The notes: generated by a model from the letters alone, not told the origin. Counted from the stretch's first letter, positions 9,318-19,474 are shown. The stretch: DNA of 64,000 nucleotides from Flavobacteriaceae bacterium (GCA_022425945.1 JAKMEK010000040.1:9950-73949), one strand, 5' to 3'. Program-made: numbers and translations.

Positions 9318-10170
9318 ATTGGCTTGCCTTAATCCCAAAATAGATTGGTATGCTTGATAAGGCATACATGACAAGCGAATAAATCGCTGCGACAATGGCA
9401 AAGTCAGGTTGGTTTAGGGTAATTACTGCTAAACTAATCGTTAGGGTACCATTTTGAATTCCCGATTCGATTGCGATAGTTAATCCTTGTTTTAAATTGA
9501 GCCCAAAGGCTTTGGCCAGGCCATACCCTATTCCCATCGTCAAGACGTTAAGGGCCGTTACTATACCCAGCGTATCCCCTACATATTGTTGAAACAGGTC
9601 AAATTCACGCGCCAATAGCCCCAAAATAACTACAGCTAAAAAAACAGATGACGCAATACGCACAGGGCGCTCCATTCGTTCAGCAAAAAGCGGGGCACGG
9701 TTTTTTATGAGCATTCCTATGCTTAACGGAATGGCTAAGACCACAATTAGGGTTTTAAAAATATCAGCGGTCGGAGAAGCCATTTGAGCCGCTTCAGATA
9801 AATAGGTTGAATAGGCATAGCCAACCCAAAAAGGGATGGTAATAATTGTGATTACACTGTTGATGGCCGTCATGCTAACGGATAAGGCCAAATCGCCCTT
9901 TGCCAACAAAGTAACCAAGTTAGAAGATGTTCCTCCTGGGCAAGCCGCCAATAGGATCATCCCAATCGCGATAAAAGCAGGGGGCTGAAAAAGATAAACC
10001 AATCCCAAAGCGACCAAAGGCAATAAGACAATTTGGTTGGTGAGCCCTAAAAGCACCGGTTTTGGATTTTGTGCAACCCGTTTAAAGTCGGCTAGAGTCA
10101 AGGTTAACCCCATACCCATCATGATGATCATAATGGCCACAGCAAGAAATATAGAAGCAGAAGAATCCAT
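9316..10170 (-). CDS. Bile acid:sodium symporter (BASS) family transporter
   Basis: MMGMGLTL..DF, PGGTSSN...LAKGDLALSVSMT, IESGIQNGTL; multi-TM. Confidence 0.9.
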   Translation of the reverse strand: MDSSASIFLAVAIMIIMMGMGLTLTLADFKRVAQNPKPVLLGLTNQIVLLPLVALGLVYLFQPPAFIAIGMILLAACPGGTSSNLVTLLAKGDLALSVSMTAINSVITIITIPFWVGYAYSTYLSEAAQMASPTADIFKTLIVVLAIPLSIGMLIKNRAPLFAERMERPVRIASSVFLAVVILGLLAREFDLFQQYVGDTLGIVTALNVLTMGIGYGLAKAFGLNLKQGLTIAIESGIQNGTLTISLAVITLNQPDFAIVAAIYSLVMYALSSIPIYFGIKASQ

Positions 10171-10363
10171 GAGTTTTGTTTATTTAAAGAACCGAAAAAT
10201 AATTCAAATAAATTAAGAACAGCTGAAAGCAACCAAAAAAATCCTTCTTTTTGGGCCTTTACATTTGTTTTCCGTCTCCCAATGTAGGTGAAATTACCTC
10301 CCTACACTAAGCCCGTTGGCCTAAAAAAAGCTTTCGAAAAGCCTCGCGCCTGAACAAGACCTC

Positions 10364-10398
10364 AATTCCTAATTCCTAATTCCTAATTCTTAATTATC
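10364..10398 (+). repeat. Heptamer tandem repeat (AATTCCT)x3 + AATTCTT + AATTATC
   Basis: Directly visible: aattcct aattcct aattcct aattctt aattatc, running into the TATCTTTA -7-like box of the sulfatase. Confidence 0.9.
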
Positions 10399-10405
10399 TT
10401 TAAGC

Positions 10406-11779
10406 ATGCTAAGTTCTGTGAATAAAATTTGTCTCTTTGTTTGTTTTCTATTTCTTTTGGCTTGTTCCAAAAAAGCTTCTGTAGCTGCTGAAATAGTTGA
10501 AGAAATCACCCCTGAAAATCCGACGCCTACCCCTCCGTCGAGTGAACCCGTAGGTGACACGCCCAACATATTATTTATCATTGCCGACGATATGGGCCTC
10601 GACGCCACTCCACGTTATGGTGTTGGAAACAATCTTCCGGCTATGCCTACGCTGACTTCTTGGATGGACAATGGAATCCGTTTTACCAACGTATGGACCA
10701 ATCCCGTTTGTTCTCCAACCCGGGCAGCTATACTCACGGGGAAATATGGCTACAGAACGGGTGTCCTCAATCCGGAAGAGGCCGGAAATTTAGGGACCAA
10801 TGAAACCATACTTCATCGTCTATTGAATGAATCGAGCTCCAATCCATATGCCACCAGCATTATTGGAAAGTGGCATTTATCGGGTAGAAATACAGCAGAT
10901 CGTCCCATCGAAATGGGGGCGGGTTATTATGCCGGTATCTTAACAGGAGGGGTAGATTCTTATTCCAATTGGTCGTTTACCCAAAATGGTGCGACAACGA
11001 CCAGCAACGCGTATATAACCACTAAATTAACTGACTTGGCCATCGATTGGATTGGCAATCAAGAACAGCCTTGGTTGTGTTGGTTAGCTTATACAGCACC
11101 GCATTCTCCCATTCATTTGCCGCCACAAGACTTGCATACACGTGGAGCACTTCCCGATGACCAAGCCAGTATAAACGAGAATCCACTTCCCTATTACCTC
11201 GCTATGATCGAAAGTTTGGACACCGAAATGGGACGCTTGGTCTCAACCCTTTCGTCTTCGACACTAGAAAATACCTTAATTGTCTTCTTGGGAGACAACG
11301 GAAGTCCGCGAAATGTAATTCAAGCGCCCTACAGCAATACACAAGGTAAAGGTTCGTTGTACCAAGGAGGAATTCATGTCCCCATGGTGATGAGTGGTTA
11401 TGGTGTGGAACGCGTTGGTGAAACGGAAGATGCGCTCATTACTTCTGTTGATCTCTTCAGCACATTTCTAACGATTACTGGAAACACACAGCATGAACGT
11501 CATGACAGTCAAAACTTTCTTCCATTGCTGACGTCAAGTGGAGGAACAACACGAAACTTTAGTTATACAGAATATTTGGCAGATCGCCCAAATCAATCGG
11601 GCTATACCCTACGCAATAGCTCCTACAAATTAATTGTCTTTGACAATGGAAACCAAGCCTTATACAATTTAGAAAATGATCCATACGAAAGCACTAACCT
11701 CATGAATGCTACTTTGTCGAGTAGTGCACAAGCTGAATACAATGCGCTTACAGCAGAAGCAGCTAGGATTCGACAATAA
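10406..11779 (+). CDS. Formylglycine-dependent (S1) sulfatase, lipoprotein
   Basis: Lipobox LLAC; PNILFIIADDMG; CSPTR active-site motif plus AILTG; GKWHL; GDNG; LYNLENDPYE. Alternative GTG start at 10418. Confidence 0.92.
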   Translation: MLSSVNKICLFVCFLFLLACSKKASVAAEIVEEITPENPTPTPPSSEPVGDTPNILFIIADDMGLDATPRYGVGNNLPAMPTLTSWMDNGIRFTNVWTNPVCSPTRAAILTGKYGYRTGVLNPEEAGNLGTNETILHRLLNESSSNPYATSIIGKWHLSGRNTADRPIEMGAGYYAGILTGGVDSYSNWSFTQNGATTTSNAYITTKLTDLAIDWIGNQEQPWLCWLAYTAPHSPIHLPPQDLHTRGALPDDQASINENPLPYYLAMIESLDTEMGRLVSTLSSSTLENTLIVFLGDNGSPRNVIQAPYSNTQGKGSLYQGGIHVPMVMSGYGVERVGETEDALITSVDLFSTFLTITGNTQHERHDSQNFLPLLTSSGGTTRNFSYTEYLADRPNQSGYTLRNSSYKLIVFDNGNQALYNLENDPYESTNLMNATLSSSAQAEYNALTAEAARIRQ

Positions 11780-12580
11780 TTAAGCGTTCGCTTTAGCAAT
11801 GGCCTTTTCCAAGGCAACGGCCTCAAATTGAAGTCCTTTAGGGTCTTCGCGCAAACCTTTGTCAATGACCTTTCGTGCAGCCTCTTGTAGTTTTTCTAAT
11901 TCATCAATGGCCTCGGGAGGCAATATTTCCGGATAGGTTTGAACGCGCAATACTCCGGGATAACCAAAGTGAGGATACCAAGGTTGCTTTCTTTTACAGT
12001 CGTAGAAAACCATCGGAACAACGGGCAATTGATGCTCAATCGCAATTTTAAATGCCCCGCGCTTGAACGGGTTTAGAAAGACGGTATCGTCTTCATAAGA
12101 AACCTCGGGAAAAATACAAATGCTGTACCCCAAAGCTAATTTTTTATTGGCACGATCATAGACCCCCCAACGGCTTTCTCTGTTTGACCGGTCGACCATG
12201 ATGGCTGCTCTTTTGTATAAATAACCAAAAATTGGAATCTTGACCAGCTCTTTTTTACCAACAAAAACAAAAGGATTTTTGGAAACACGTAACATCAAAA
12301 AGGGATCGATGTAACTGGTGTGATTGGCCACTAAGACGTAGGATGTGCCTGTAGGAAGAGGTTTTGAATAGCGGATTTTGGAGTAAAAGCCACAGCAGGT
12401 CAATATGAATGGCGCCCATATGTTACGGGCGACCCAAAAGACAACAGTGTAGCCTTTGGGATGGATTAGTGCAATCGCCAAAAAAGGAAACAAAAAGGGA
12501 ACGGGCAATGCTACAACAAAGTAAAACCAAATTCGCCAAAGCCTCAATACTATTTTTTTCACAGTTTCAAAAGTAACCAT
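11780..12580 (-). CDS. plsC: 1-acyl-sn-glycerol-3-phosphate acyltransferase (PlsC family)
   Basis: NHTSYID (HX4D), FVGKKEL, IFPE, FKRGAF. Confidence 0.88.
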   Translation of the reverse strand: MVTFETVKKIVLRLWRIWFYFVVALPVPFLFPFLAIALIHPKGYTVVFWVARNIWAPFILTCCGFYSKIRYSKPLPTGTSYVLVANHTSYIDPFLMLRVSKNPFVFVGKKELVKIPIFGYLYKRAAIMVDRSNRESRWGVYDRANKKLALGYSICIFPEVSYEDDTVFLNPFKRGAFKIAIEHQLPVVPMVFYDCKRKQPWYPHFGYPGVLRVQTYPEILPPEAIDELEKLQEAARKVIDKGLREDPKGLQFEAVALEKAIAKANA

Positions 12581-12714
12581 TTGGAATTGGATTTGCTGAA
12601 AAAAGAAGCCCGAATACTGTCTCTACTCAAAAGGGTTAAAAAACGCTTCCTTAGAAAACGGGTAATGGAAAATGGTTTTCCCAGTCGTTATCAGTGTTTT
12701 TTGAGGGAAAAAAT

Positions 12715-12722
12715 TACCTTTG
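12715..12722 (+). promoter_or_regulatory. -7 box TACCTTTG for trpS
   Basis: Exact TAnnTTTG match 18 nt before ATG 12741. Confidence 0.6.
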
Positions 12723-12740
12723 CTCAAACAAATTTTTGGT

Positions 12741-13709
12741 ATGGCTAGAATTTTAACAGGTGTACAAAGTACAGGTACTCCCCATCTAGGAAACTTATTG
12801 GGAGCTGTTCTCCCAGCTATCGCAATGGCAGAAGATCCTGAAAATGAATCATTTCTGTTTATAGCAGATTTACATTCACTTACCCAAATAAAAGAGGGCG
12901 AAATCCTTCGTCAACATACCTTTAATACAGCTGCCGCATGGTTGGCTTGTGGCTTAGATACCGACAAAACTGTTTTCTACAAACAAAGCGATGTGAGTGA
13001 AGTGACCGAACTCAACTGGTTTTTAAATTGTTTTTACCCCTACCAGCGACTTACGCTAGCGCATTCTTTTAAAGACAAGGCCGATCGATTACAAGATGTA
13101 AATGCAGGGCTTTTTAGTTACCCAATGTTGATGGCTGCAGATATTTTACTTTATGATGCAGAGGTTGTTCCTGTTGGAAAAGACCAATTACAACATCTAG
13201 AAATGACGCGAGATGTGGCTGCGCGCTTCAACAGTCAAATGGGCGACACCTTTGTGCTACCCACGGCTAAAATTCAAGAAGCTACACAGTATGTCCCGGG
13301 TACTGATGGGGAAAAAATGTCCAAATCTAAAAACAACCTCATCAATGTTTTCCTTCCAGAAAAACAATTGCGAAAGCAAATTATGGGTATAAAAACAGAT
13401 TCAACCCCGCTTGAAGAACCAAAAAACCCAGACAGCTGTACTGTTTTTGCCCTATACGCTTTGTTGGCTAATGAGGGACAAATCGATGTTTTACGGGAAC
13501 AGTATCTTGGAGGAGGAATGGGTTATGGTCATGCCAAACAAGCCTTATTTGAGCTGATTCTTGCTACTTTTGATGAACCTAGAAAACGTTACGATTACTA
13601 TCAAGAAAACCCTGCTGAAGTGACCATAGCACTGACCAAAGGTGCTGAAAAAGCAAGGAAAATAGCGCATGAAGTACTCTGGCGCGTTCGAAATAAAATT
13701 GGCTACTAG
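12741..13709 (+). CDS. trpS: Tryptophan--tRNA ligase
   Basis: TGVQSTGTPHLGN (HIGH-like), YPMLMAADIL, VPVGKDQ, KMSKS. Confidence 0.97.
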   Translation: MARILTGVQSTGTPHLGNLLGAVLPAIAMAEDPENESFLFIADLHSLTQIKEGEILRQHTFNTAAAWLACGLDTDKTVFYKQSDVSEVTELNWFLNCFYPYQRLTLAHSFKDKADRLQDVNAGLFSYPMLMAADILLYDAEVVPVGKDQLQHLEMTRDVAARFNSQMGDTFVLPTAKIQEATQYVPGTDGEKMSKSKNNLINVFLPEKQLRKQIMGIKTDSTPLEEPKNPDSCTVFALYALLANEGQIDVLREQYLGGGMGYGHAKQALFELILATFDEPRKRYDYYQENPAEVTIALTKGAEKARKIAHEVLWRVRNKIGY

Positions 13710-14803
13710 AGTTGCTCAAATCGTTTCCCACTAAGCGATCGTATAGCTCCTTTAAGTTCTAATTGCATCAATTCGGCCGCAATTTGTCCTACTGGACGTT
13801 TCATTTTTAAGGCAATTTCATCCAAAGAAATCGGTTGTTTAAGTAAATCAAAGATGGCTTCTTCTTCCCTATTGAGATTAACAAAAAGGCGTTTTTGCAC
13901 TGTTTTTGGCGCTGTTCTATCCTCCCATTCTAACCAAGTGGCTACATCTGCTGCATTTGTTATTAGCCGTGCGCGATCTGTTTTTAACAACCCTAAACAG
14001 CCCTGTGATTGTGGGTCAGAAATTCGCCCAGGGGGTGCAAAAACTTCACGCCCATAAGCCAAGGCATGGCTGGCTGTGACCAGACTTCCTCCTTTTTCGC
14101 CAGATTCTATCACGATGGTTGCATGTGAAAGGCCTGCAATAATGCGATTGCGCTTTAAAAAATTAGCTCGCTCAAAAGGGTCGTCTGACCAAAATTCTGT
14201 AACGAAAGCTCCGTTTTGCATGATTTTATCTACTTCTCCCTTGTGTTCTTTTGGATACCATTGACCAAATGGGCGGGCAAGCACAGCAACGGTTTCTAGG
14301 CCCATTTCTAATGCTTTTCGATGGGCAACAATATCAATTCCACGTGCAAATCCACTTACAATCAAAGGTGAAAAGGGAGTAAACTCTTCGATTAATTGCT
14401 GACAAAAGGCAACACCTCTTGGAGTTGGATTTCGCGTTCCTACAATACTAATGCACTTTTTATTTGACCAATTTACCTCTCCTTTTTGAAAAAAAACGGT
14501 TGGAGGATCACTGCTATGCGCAAGGGTAATAGGATAGTTTTTTTCACCATAGATATAGGGGGTCAATCCCATCTTTTTGATAAAAATTTCTTCTTTTTTA
14601 AGCTTGGGAAGAACAGCCTTCCACTGAGAGATTTCCTTCAAGTGAGACTTGCCTATTCCGCTAATTTCAAGCAGTTTATCTGGATTTTGCTGAAGTGCAT
14701 TTTTGACATCCCCGCTATGATCAATTAGCTTTTTTACAGAGCGAGGTCCAAGCTTGGGCAATCGACAAAACAATAAAGCAGCTTGTAAAGACGTTAGAGG
14801 CAT
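13706..14803 (-). CDS. dprA: DNA-processing protein DprA
   Basis: IVGTR, IVSGFARGID, FLKRNRIIAGLS, IESGEKGGSL; C-terminal winged helix; ATG 14803 preferred. Confidence 0.93.
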   Translation of the reverse strand: MPLTSLQAALLFCRLPKLGPRSVKKLIDHSGDVKNALQQNPDKLLEISGIGKSHLKEISQWKAVLPKLKKEEIFIKKMGLTPYIYGEKNYPITLAHSSDPPTVFFQKGEVNWSNKKCISIVGTRNPTPRGVAFCQQLIEEFTPFSPLIVSGFARGIDIVAHRKALEMGLETVAVLARPFGQWYPKEHKGEVDKIMQNGAFVTEFWSDDPFERANFLKRNRIIAGLSHATIVIESGEKGGSLVTASHALAYGREVFAPPGRISDPQSQGCLGLLKTDRARLITNAADVATWLEWEDRTAPKTVQKRLFVNLNREEEAIFDLLKQPISLDEIALKMKRPVGQIAAELMQLELKGAIRSLSGKRFEQL

Positions 14804-14884
14804 ATAACTGGGGCATTGGGCACACAATGTGGAGCCTGATTTTGACTAATTTAAAAAGAAATTTTTATTTCTTATCTTTCGTAC

Positions 14885-15907
14885 ATGGAATTGACGCGTT
14901 ACATCAAAGAATTACTTTATCAACACGATTGTGTAACCCTCCCGGGATTTGGTGCATTATTGACTCAAACTTTAGCCGTTCGAGTTAACCGAGACACGGG
15001 GCACTTCTCTCCCCCATCTAGGGTGATTTCATTCAACAGTTTAATCCAACAGAACGATGGCTTAGTTGCTAACTATATTGCATTGCACGAAGGTGTAAAT
15101 TACAACGCTGCATTGGCAATGTTAGAAAAAGAGCTTGTCTCTTGGAAAAAACAACTCGTACTTCACATGATTGTTCTTCCGGGGATAGGTGAGTTTTCAT
15201 TGACTGCAGAAAACAATTTGCGTTTTCTTCCTTACGGAAAAATAAATTTTGATGCAGATGCCCTAGGGCTTCATGCTTTTAAACGTATGCCGCTTCGCGA
15301 ACAGATGCAAGCTGCGGCTGTTGTCCCTCCTATTGTTCCTCAACCTTCTAATTCTAAACCCTCTACTATGACAGATGAAAACAAAGAGTCCTTAGCTTTT
15401 ACTCCTGAGAAAACTGAAGGAAGCTCGTCTTCTGCAATGAAATATGCTGCAATTGGTGTTATTGCCGTTGCCCTACTCGGTGCAAGCTATTACTTTGGAA
15501 ATCAATACTTACAAAACGAACGTCTGAAATCTACAGAACTTGCGCAAAAACGCATCACTAAAAATGTTCAAGAAGCTACCTTTGAACTGGGTGCAATTGC
15601 TCCCATTGAACTCAATGTTGTGGCAGATGTTGTCCCTGATGAAGCAGAAGAAGAAAGCAGTATTTCTATTGCGGAAGGAAATTTCTACAGCATCATTGCT
15701 GGTAGCTACCGCAATGAGGCAAACGCTCAACGTAAATTAGCACAACTTAAAACCGACGGCTTTGAGGCTGCATTTGCAGAAACAAGCGATGAAGGGTTTT
15801 ACCGTGTTGCTTATGGACGATTCGAATCCAAACGCGAAGCCTACAAGCTGTTGAATTTTATCAAATATACCCTCGGAGAAGAAGCTTGGTACTTGGTAGA
15901 AAACTAA
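14885..15907 (+). CDS. HU-CCDC81-like N-domain / TM / SPOR-domain protein
   Basis: YIKELLYQHDCVTLPGFG, F.PP, NDGL.ANY N-terminus; one TM; C-terminal SPOR (YSIIAGSYRNEANA...YRVAYGRF...AW). Confidence 0.8.
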   Translation: MELTRYIKELLYQHDCVTLPGFGALLTQTLAVRVNRDTGHFSPPSRVISFNSLIQQNDGLVANYIALHEGVNYNAALAMLEKELVSWKKQLVLHMIVLPGIGEFSLTAENNLRFLPYGKINFDADALGLHAFKRMPLREQMQAAAVVPPIVPQPSNSKPSTMTDENKESLAFTPEKTEGSSSSAMKYAAIGVIAVALLGASYYFGNQYLQNERLKSTELAQKRITKNVQEATFELGAIAPIELNVVADVVPDEAEEESSISIAEGNFYSIIAGSYRNEANAQRKLAQLKTDGFEAAFAETSDEGFYRVAYGRFESKREAYKLLNFIKYTLGEEAWYLVEN

Positions 15908-15915
15908 TCTATCCT

Positions 15916-17127
15916 TTACATGCGATAAACCCAACTTTTGGGGTTGACTGGAGTAGTGGTTTGAAAAACACCAAATTTTAATTCTGTTTTTCCAGTAGTG
16001 GGGTGAGTAAAGACTTTTCCGATGACTTCTTTTGAGCTTATTTTTTGCCCTTTTTTAACAAAGACCGTTTCAAGGTTTGAATAAGAGGTGATGTAATTTC
16101 CGTGCTGAATTAAAACCGCCGGGTTGCTCCCTTTGAAACTTACAATACTTAATACTTCTCCCTCAAAAACAGCGCGTACATCTGCATGATCTGGAGTGGC
16201 TATGGTTACACCATTGCTTTGGATTTTAGTCGTTTTAACTACAGGATGTGGCTGCGTACCAAAACCGAGCGTAACGACACCTTTTTCAACTGGCCAGGGC
16301 AAATTACCTTTGTTCGAGCTGAAATTTTTACCGACAAGCTGCTTCTCTGGAGTGAGGGTAAATGCATTTGCTTTTTTCATGCCTGCTGCCTTGTTCGAGG
16401 CGGCTATGGCGACCCGAATTAATCGCTGGATTTCCTTGTCAAAGGCGGCAATTTTTTGCTGCTTCTTTCTGATTTGACTGGCATAAGATCGCTCTCGTTT
16501 TTTGAGAGCAGTAACCAGCTCTTTCTGTTCTAAACGTTCTTTTTCAAAGTTTAGTTGTACCAATTGATTGGCTTTCACTAAACGGTCTTTCTTTTGCTTT
16601 TGCCCAACTAAATCCTTGTTCAATGCTTGCAATGTAAGTGTCTTTGCCGCAATCAAATCTCCTTGCTTTTTACGAAAACTAGCATATTGCTTTAGGTATT
16701 GAAAACGTTTGTACGCCTGAAGAAAAGTGTCAGAAGAAAACAAAAACATCAATCGGCTCTGTCCAGACTTGCTGATGTAAGAATACCGAATCATCTCAGC
16801 GTAGTCATCCTTTAACACTTGTAATTCTTTGCGCTGTCGTTCAATCGTACGTTGATTTACATTGATGTGCTGGGTAAGACGGTTGGCCTCTTCATTGGTA
16901 ACTCGAATCAACCGTTGGCGTAGATTAATTTTTACGGCCAAGTCTTCGACTTCTGTCAAGGCTGATTTCTTTTTCTTTGTATTGGAAAATAGCAGCGTAT
17001 TGATTTGCTTTATTTCTTGTTGCAATTGTTTGCGCTGAGCTTCTAACTTTTTTTGACGATTGTCTTGTGCGAAAACGCTTAGGTTTACGCATAAAACAAA
17101 AAGCAAGAGAAGCCGTTTCTTTCCCAT
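15916..17127 (-). CDS. Murein hydrolase activator EnvC family (coiled coil + degenerate M23)
   Basis: Signal peptide, long coiled coil, KGNLPWPV, VRAVFEG, HGNYITSYSNL; zinc-ligand His residues absent. Confidence 0.85.
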   Translation of the reverse strand: MGKKRLLLLFVLCVNLSVFAQDNRQKKLEAQRKQLQQEIKQINTLLFSNTKKKKSALTEVEDLAVKINLRQRLIRVTNEEANRLTQHINVNQRTIERQRKELQVLKDDYAEMIRYSYISKSGQSRLMFLFSSDTFLQAYKRFQYLKQYASFRKKQGDLIAAKTLTLQALNKDLVGQKQKKDRLVKANQLVQLNFEKERLEQKELVTALKKRERSYASQIRKKQQKIAAFDKEIQRLIRVAIAASNKAAGMKKANAFTLTPEKQLVGKNFSSNKGNLPWPVEKGVVTLGFGTQPHPVVKTTKIQSNGVTIATPDHADVRAVFEGEVLSIVSFKGSNPAVLIQHGNYITSYSNLETVFVKKGQKISSKEVIGKVFTHPTTGKTELKFGVFQTTTPVNPKSWVYRM

Positions 17128-17128
17128 A

Positions 17129-17905
17129 CTAAAGCGCAATTTTTTTATAGTTTTCCGGTATCGAAAAAGGTGCGGTTAGGTTTTTAGGAAAATCTACCCG
17201 CAAAAAATCTAGGGTAATTTGAAGAAAATTAGATCCGTCAAAGGTGGAGATTTCAATTTTCTTCGGAACGGTTTTTCCGTCTACCTGTTGGTTTTGAGTG
17301 TATTTAACGCTCAAGCTCTGACCGGTAGCGGCCACCAAAAAGCGCTGCTCTTTCAAGCGAAAGCTGTTGGGGTCAAAAAAATAGGTTGGACGAAAGCTTC
17401 GTTGCTTCCCTTTGGGTGTTAAGACATAAAATTGGGGATGGGATATGCGTTCAAACTTCGTTTTACTAAAGTCTGTAATGGGGTTCCCCAGGAAAATGTT
17501 TTGTAGGTCATCAAAACTCAATGCCGTTCCCAGTTGTTGATTTATAAAACGAATGTCTCCGTCAAAATAGGTCTTTTGAAACTTTTCGTAGAATTGGACC
17601 CTGTCTGGAGTGACCAATACTTTTGCAATAGGAACCAGAATATTGGCACTCATCCATAAACGCTTGTCCTTTTGTAAACGAAAATTTACACTAAGCTGCT
17701 GTTTTCTTTTTTGATCATTGTACTCTGCTTTAATTCTTGCGCGGAAGTTTTTAATATTCTCCTCTGCTTTCACAATTTCATTGCTTAAAACGGCTATGTC
17801 TACCCGCTTCACTGGAGCTTTGTTGGGTAAAACGCGCACCGACTTACAAGACAAGATTAGCCCAACAAAAAGGAGAAGTACAAAATGGTTACGGTTTTTT
17901 TTCAT
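17129..17905 (-). CDS. DUF4292 family lipoprotein
   Basis: Lipobox LSC; WMS...PIAKVLVTPD, LQNIFLG, C-terminal PFSIPENYKKI. Confidence 0.75.
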   Translation of the reverse strand: MKKNRNHFVLLLFVGLILSCKSVRVLPNKAPVKRVDIAVLSNEIVKAEENIKNFRARIKAEYNDQKRKQQLSVNFRLQKDKRLWMSANILVPIAKVLVTPDRVQFYEKFQKTYFDGDIRFINQQLGTALSFDDLQNIFLGNPITDFSKTKFERISHPQFYVLTPKGKQRSFRPTYFFDPNSFRLKEQRFLVAATGQSLSVKYTQNQQVDGKTVPKKIEISTFDGSNFLQITLDFLRVDFPKNLTAPFSIPENYKKIAL

Positions 17906-17906
17906 C

Positions 17907-18923
17907 TTAAATCAATTCGGTATAATCGCCCAAACTAATACGAGTATGGTTACCATTATAACGCACATGATTACCAATCATTGCCTTTTCTAAGGTAACG
18001 TTTTCCACAAGGCTATACTGCTGAATAATGGAGTCTTTGATCGTTGCATTGTTAATCTGTGTCCCTTCGCCAATGGAAACTCCCGGACCAATTGTTGCAT
18101 TATTAAGCACAACATCCTTGCCAATAAAGCAGGGAGGAATAATGGTAGCATTCTCTAATTTTGCGGATGGGTGAACCAGCATTTCGCCTTCTTCAGCCAA
18201 AAATTGAAGCATTTTAGTGTTTGTGGCTACGGTGATTTCTTTATTGCCACAGTCCATCCATGCATTTACTTCTCCGGGGACAAAGCGTTTTTTCTTTGCC
18301 ATCATTCCCTTAATCCCATCATTGATTTGATATTCGCCTCCATGGGTAAGCTTTTCGTCCAAAACGGTTTGTAAGGCCTCTTTTAATTCAGCGCTGTTTT
18401 TGAAATAATAGATTCCAATCACTGCGAGGTCAGAAACAAATTCTGTGGGCTTTTCAACCAATTCTGTAATGGCACCTGAAGCATCTAGTTGAACTACACC
18501 ATAGGCCGAAGGGTTGTCAACTTTTTTTACCCAAATTTGGGCATCAGCAACCGGATCGATCTTAAAATCGGCGCGTATTAAAGTATCCGCATAGGCAATT
18601 ACTGCTGGTCCGTCCAAGGAATCCGCCGCACACATAATAGCATGGCCTGTTCCTAAGGGTTCCAACTGTCGGTAAATACTTGCTTTTGCGCCTAGTTTTT
18701 GGGCAACACTCTTGAGGTGACTCACAACATCATCTCCGAAAAAAGCGGGGTCACCCAAGACATATGCAACCTCTGTAATGGGCTGTTTTACCAGCTTGGC
18801 AATATCGTTGATTAATTGTTCCACTATGGGCGTCCCGGCAACCGGAACTAAGGGTTTTGGAACTGTAAGTGTGTGTGGACGTAGGCGCGATCCGCGACCC
18901 GCCATCGGAACAATTATTTTCAT
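17907..18923 (-). CDS. Sugar-phosphate nucleotidyltransferase
   Basis: PMAGRGSRLRPHTLTVPKPL, PLGTGHA, LVEKP, WMDCG; C-terminal hexapeptide repeats. Confidence 0.9.
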   Translation of the reverse strand: MKIIVPMAGRGSRLRPHTLTVPKPLVPVAGTPIVEQLINDIAKLVKQPITEVAYVLGDPAFFGDDVVSHLKSVAQKLGAKASIYRQLEPLGTGHAIMCAADSLDGPAVIAYADTLIRADFKIDPVADAQIWVKKVDNPSAYGVVQLDASGAITELVEKPTEFVSDLAVIGIYYFKNSAELKEALQTVLDEKLTHGGEYQINDGIKGMMAKKKRFVPGEVNAWMDCGNKEITVATNTKMLQFLAEEGEMLVHPSAKLENATIIPPCFIGKDVVLNNATIGPGVSIGEGTQINNATIKDSIIQQYSLVENVTLEKAMIGNHVRYNGNHTRISLGDYTELI

Positions 18924-18937
18924 GTGTTTCGTTTCAT

Positions 18938-19375
18938 TTATTTTTTTCCGGTACTCCCAAAACCACCTTCCCCGCGATCAGTTTCTTCTAAGCTGGTTGT
19001 CGGCTGCCAACTCACCTGCGTGTATTGTGCTACAACAAGTTGAGCTATTCGTTCTCCGGGCTGAATGGTGAATTTTTCATTGGATAGATTAACAAGAATT
19101 ACGCCAATTTCTCCTCTGTAATCCGCATCAATCGTTCCTGGGGCGTTAAGCACACTAATCCCGTGCTTGGCGGCCAGACCAGAACGAGGGCGAACCTGTG
19201 CTTCATAGCCTTCTGGCAAGGCAATTTTAAGGCCCGTGCCAATGATTTTTCGCTCCAAAGGCCCCAGAACAATGGGTTCGTCCAACACGGCTTTTAGGTC
19301 TAGACCTGCAGAGGAAACGGTTGCATAAGTGGGTAAATCAAACGGGCTCTCGTTGATAATGGGAAGCTGGATCAT
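18938..19375 (-). CDS. dut: dUTP diphosphatase
   Basis: [38 protein letters not shown] (motifs I-V). Confidence 0.97.
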   Translation of the reverse strand: MIQLPIINESPFDLPTYATVSSAGLDLKAVLDEPIVLGPLERKIIGTGLKIALPEGYEAQVRPRSGLAAKHGISVLNAPGTIDADYRGEIGVILVNLSNEKFTIQPGERIAQLVVAQYTQVSWQPTTSLEETDRGEGGFGSTGKK

Positions 19376-19474
19376 GGTGTTTTTTTATCTATCTAAAGTA
19401 CAAAATGTAAAGAAACATCTGTACTGCTACTTTGTGAGATATCCGAGGGTTATTAACTGTTTTGTTCGGCTAAA

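Noticed and set aside
10323-10343. Minus-strand hairpin plus T7 upstream of the BASS transporter as an attenuator or riboswitch
   Set aside because: Weak 5-bp AT-rich stem that lies upstream of the likely transporter promoter, so not in the leader; no aptamer features.
12667-12681. GGAAAA-TGG-TTTTCC palindrome between plsC and trpS
   Set aside because: Single low-complexity 6-bp inverted repeat; no T-box or leader peptide signature.
14336-14351. AATTCCACGTGCAAAT in dprA as a third parS
   Set aside because: Five mismatches to consensus, including the outer TG/CA arms.
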